This document shows, in pieces, positions 63,385 to 64,000 of a stretch of DNA of 64,000 bases; position 1 is the first letter of the stretch, and every line of letters starts with the position of its first letter. The stretch spans positions 1 to 64,000 of the forward strand of contig CAXXVS010000003.1 of the NCBI GenBank assembly GCA_963674755.2, in the 5' to 3' direction. The DNA is from Desulfobacterales bacterium. Lineage in GTDB: Bacteria > Desulfobacterota > Desulfobacteria > Desulfobacterales > UBA5852. The position numbers and the translations under genes are program-made. A model generated the notes under the pieces. The model made no database searches and was not told where the DNA came from. It worked only from the letters and a program-made list of their open reading frames with translations.

Positions 63385-63894
63385 TCAGGGAGCCGTCTGA
63401 TTGGATTGTGATAATTCTTCTCGGCAGCGCAGCAGTTCTTCGGAAGTCATCCGGAGCCGATTGGCCAGGATTTGGGCAAACCCTCTGAAAATGGTGTAAC
63501 GAAAGGCGAGCTTGGAATCCCCATAGAGGGACTCCACCGCGGCCATATCGGTTTGAAGGCATACCGTCTTGTCCACGGCAAAGACGGAGGCCGAACGCGC
63601 GGAACCATCAATAACCCCCATTTCGCCAAACACGTCCCCGGTGCGCCTTATCGTCGCCAGCTCTTTACCGTGCTTGACAATGCGAGCTTTTCCGGAAATC
63701 AAATAAAATATGTTGCGATCGAACTGCCCCTCCTCCAAAATCTGATCACCGGGTTCGAACGCTTTGATCTCGCTCATTTCGATCAGCGCTTGCAAATGAT
63801 GCTTTTCAAGTGCGCGCATTGCGGGAATTTTCATGAGCTTCTGGATGATCATCTCGCTATCTTTAAAAAAATCCGCATCAATCATGGTGCTCAC
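63385..63894 (-). CDS. Stand-alone cyclic nucleotide-binding domain protein
   Basis: ILEEG, YLISGKARI, GDVFGEMG, RSASV; no HTH. Confidence 0.88.
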   Translation of the reverse strand: MSTMIDADFFKDSEMIIQKLMKIPAMRALEKHHLQALIEMSEIKAFEPGDQILEEGQFDRNIFYLISGKARIVKHGKELATIRRTGDVFGEMGVIDGSARSASVFAVDKTVCLQTDMAAVESLYGDSKLAFRYTIFRGFAQILANRLRMTSEELLRCREELSQSNQTAP

Positions 63895-64000
63895 CTACCC
63901 GTTAGGAAAAGAGCCTTGCATTGGTTGCCCGCTAATTAGCGAAATCGCATGAGCTATTTTGGCCACCGGTTTCCAACGACAAAATAATCTTTAAATACAT

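Overview
GC-rich bacterial chromosome segment. Gene content and order suggest an anaerobic deltaproteobacterium (Desulfobacterota, Desulfobacterales-like); this is inferred, not database-checked. 1-30 kb is mostly core: sucC(3')-sucD, hypA-hypB, serA, amrB, glnS, tRNA-Gln, gltX (an MBOAT/SGNH acyltransferase pair sits between tRNA-Gln and glnS), rpmF-acpP-rpiB-glyA-dCMP deaminase-nrdR-ribD-ribE-ribBA-ribH-nusB, ispG, proS, rel, rpmB, bamD, trxA, purN and a TraB-family gene. 30-64 kb is largely accessory: a CbbQ/NorQ AAA+ and NorD-like VWA pair with no client nearby, a TetR-TolC-MFP-RND pump with a PII-like partner, a broken ABC binding-protein gene, an ArsR-thioredoxin-permease module, crcB with a DUF190-CBS gene, an AT-richer patch (sterol-desaturase-family gene, decayed ORF, attC-like palindrome), a GntR-linked dehydrogenase/APH-kinase/two-aldolase/GlpD cluster, a sigma54 regulator with a lytic transglycosylase, an orphan flgM and a Bacteroidetes-like fabF. 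Best leads: the putative polyol-to-DHAP catabolic cluster (48.9-55.4 kb), an unannotated ~137-nt three-hairpin sRNA candidate (60.5 kb), a sigma54 promoter with a thrice-repeated activator motif (56.4-58 kb), possible xenologous replacement of fabF, and the orphan AAA+/VWA triad. No CRISPR array, rRNA, transposase or integrase was seen. Start codons are my picks within the supplied ORFs.
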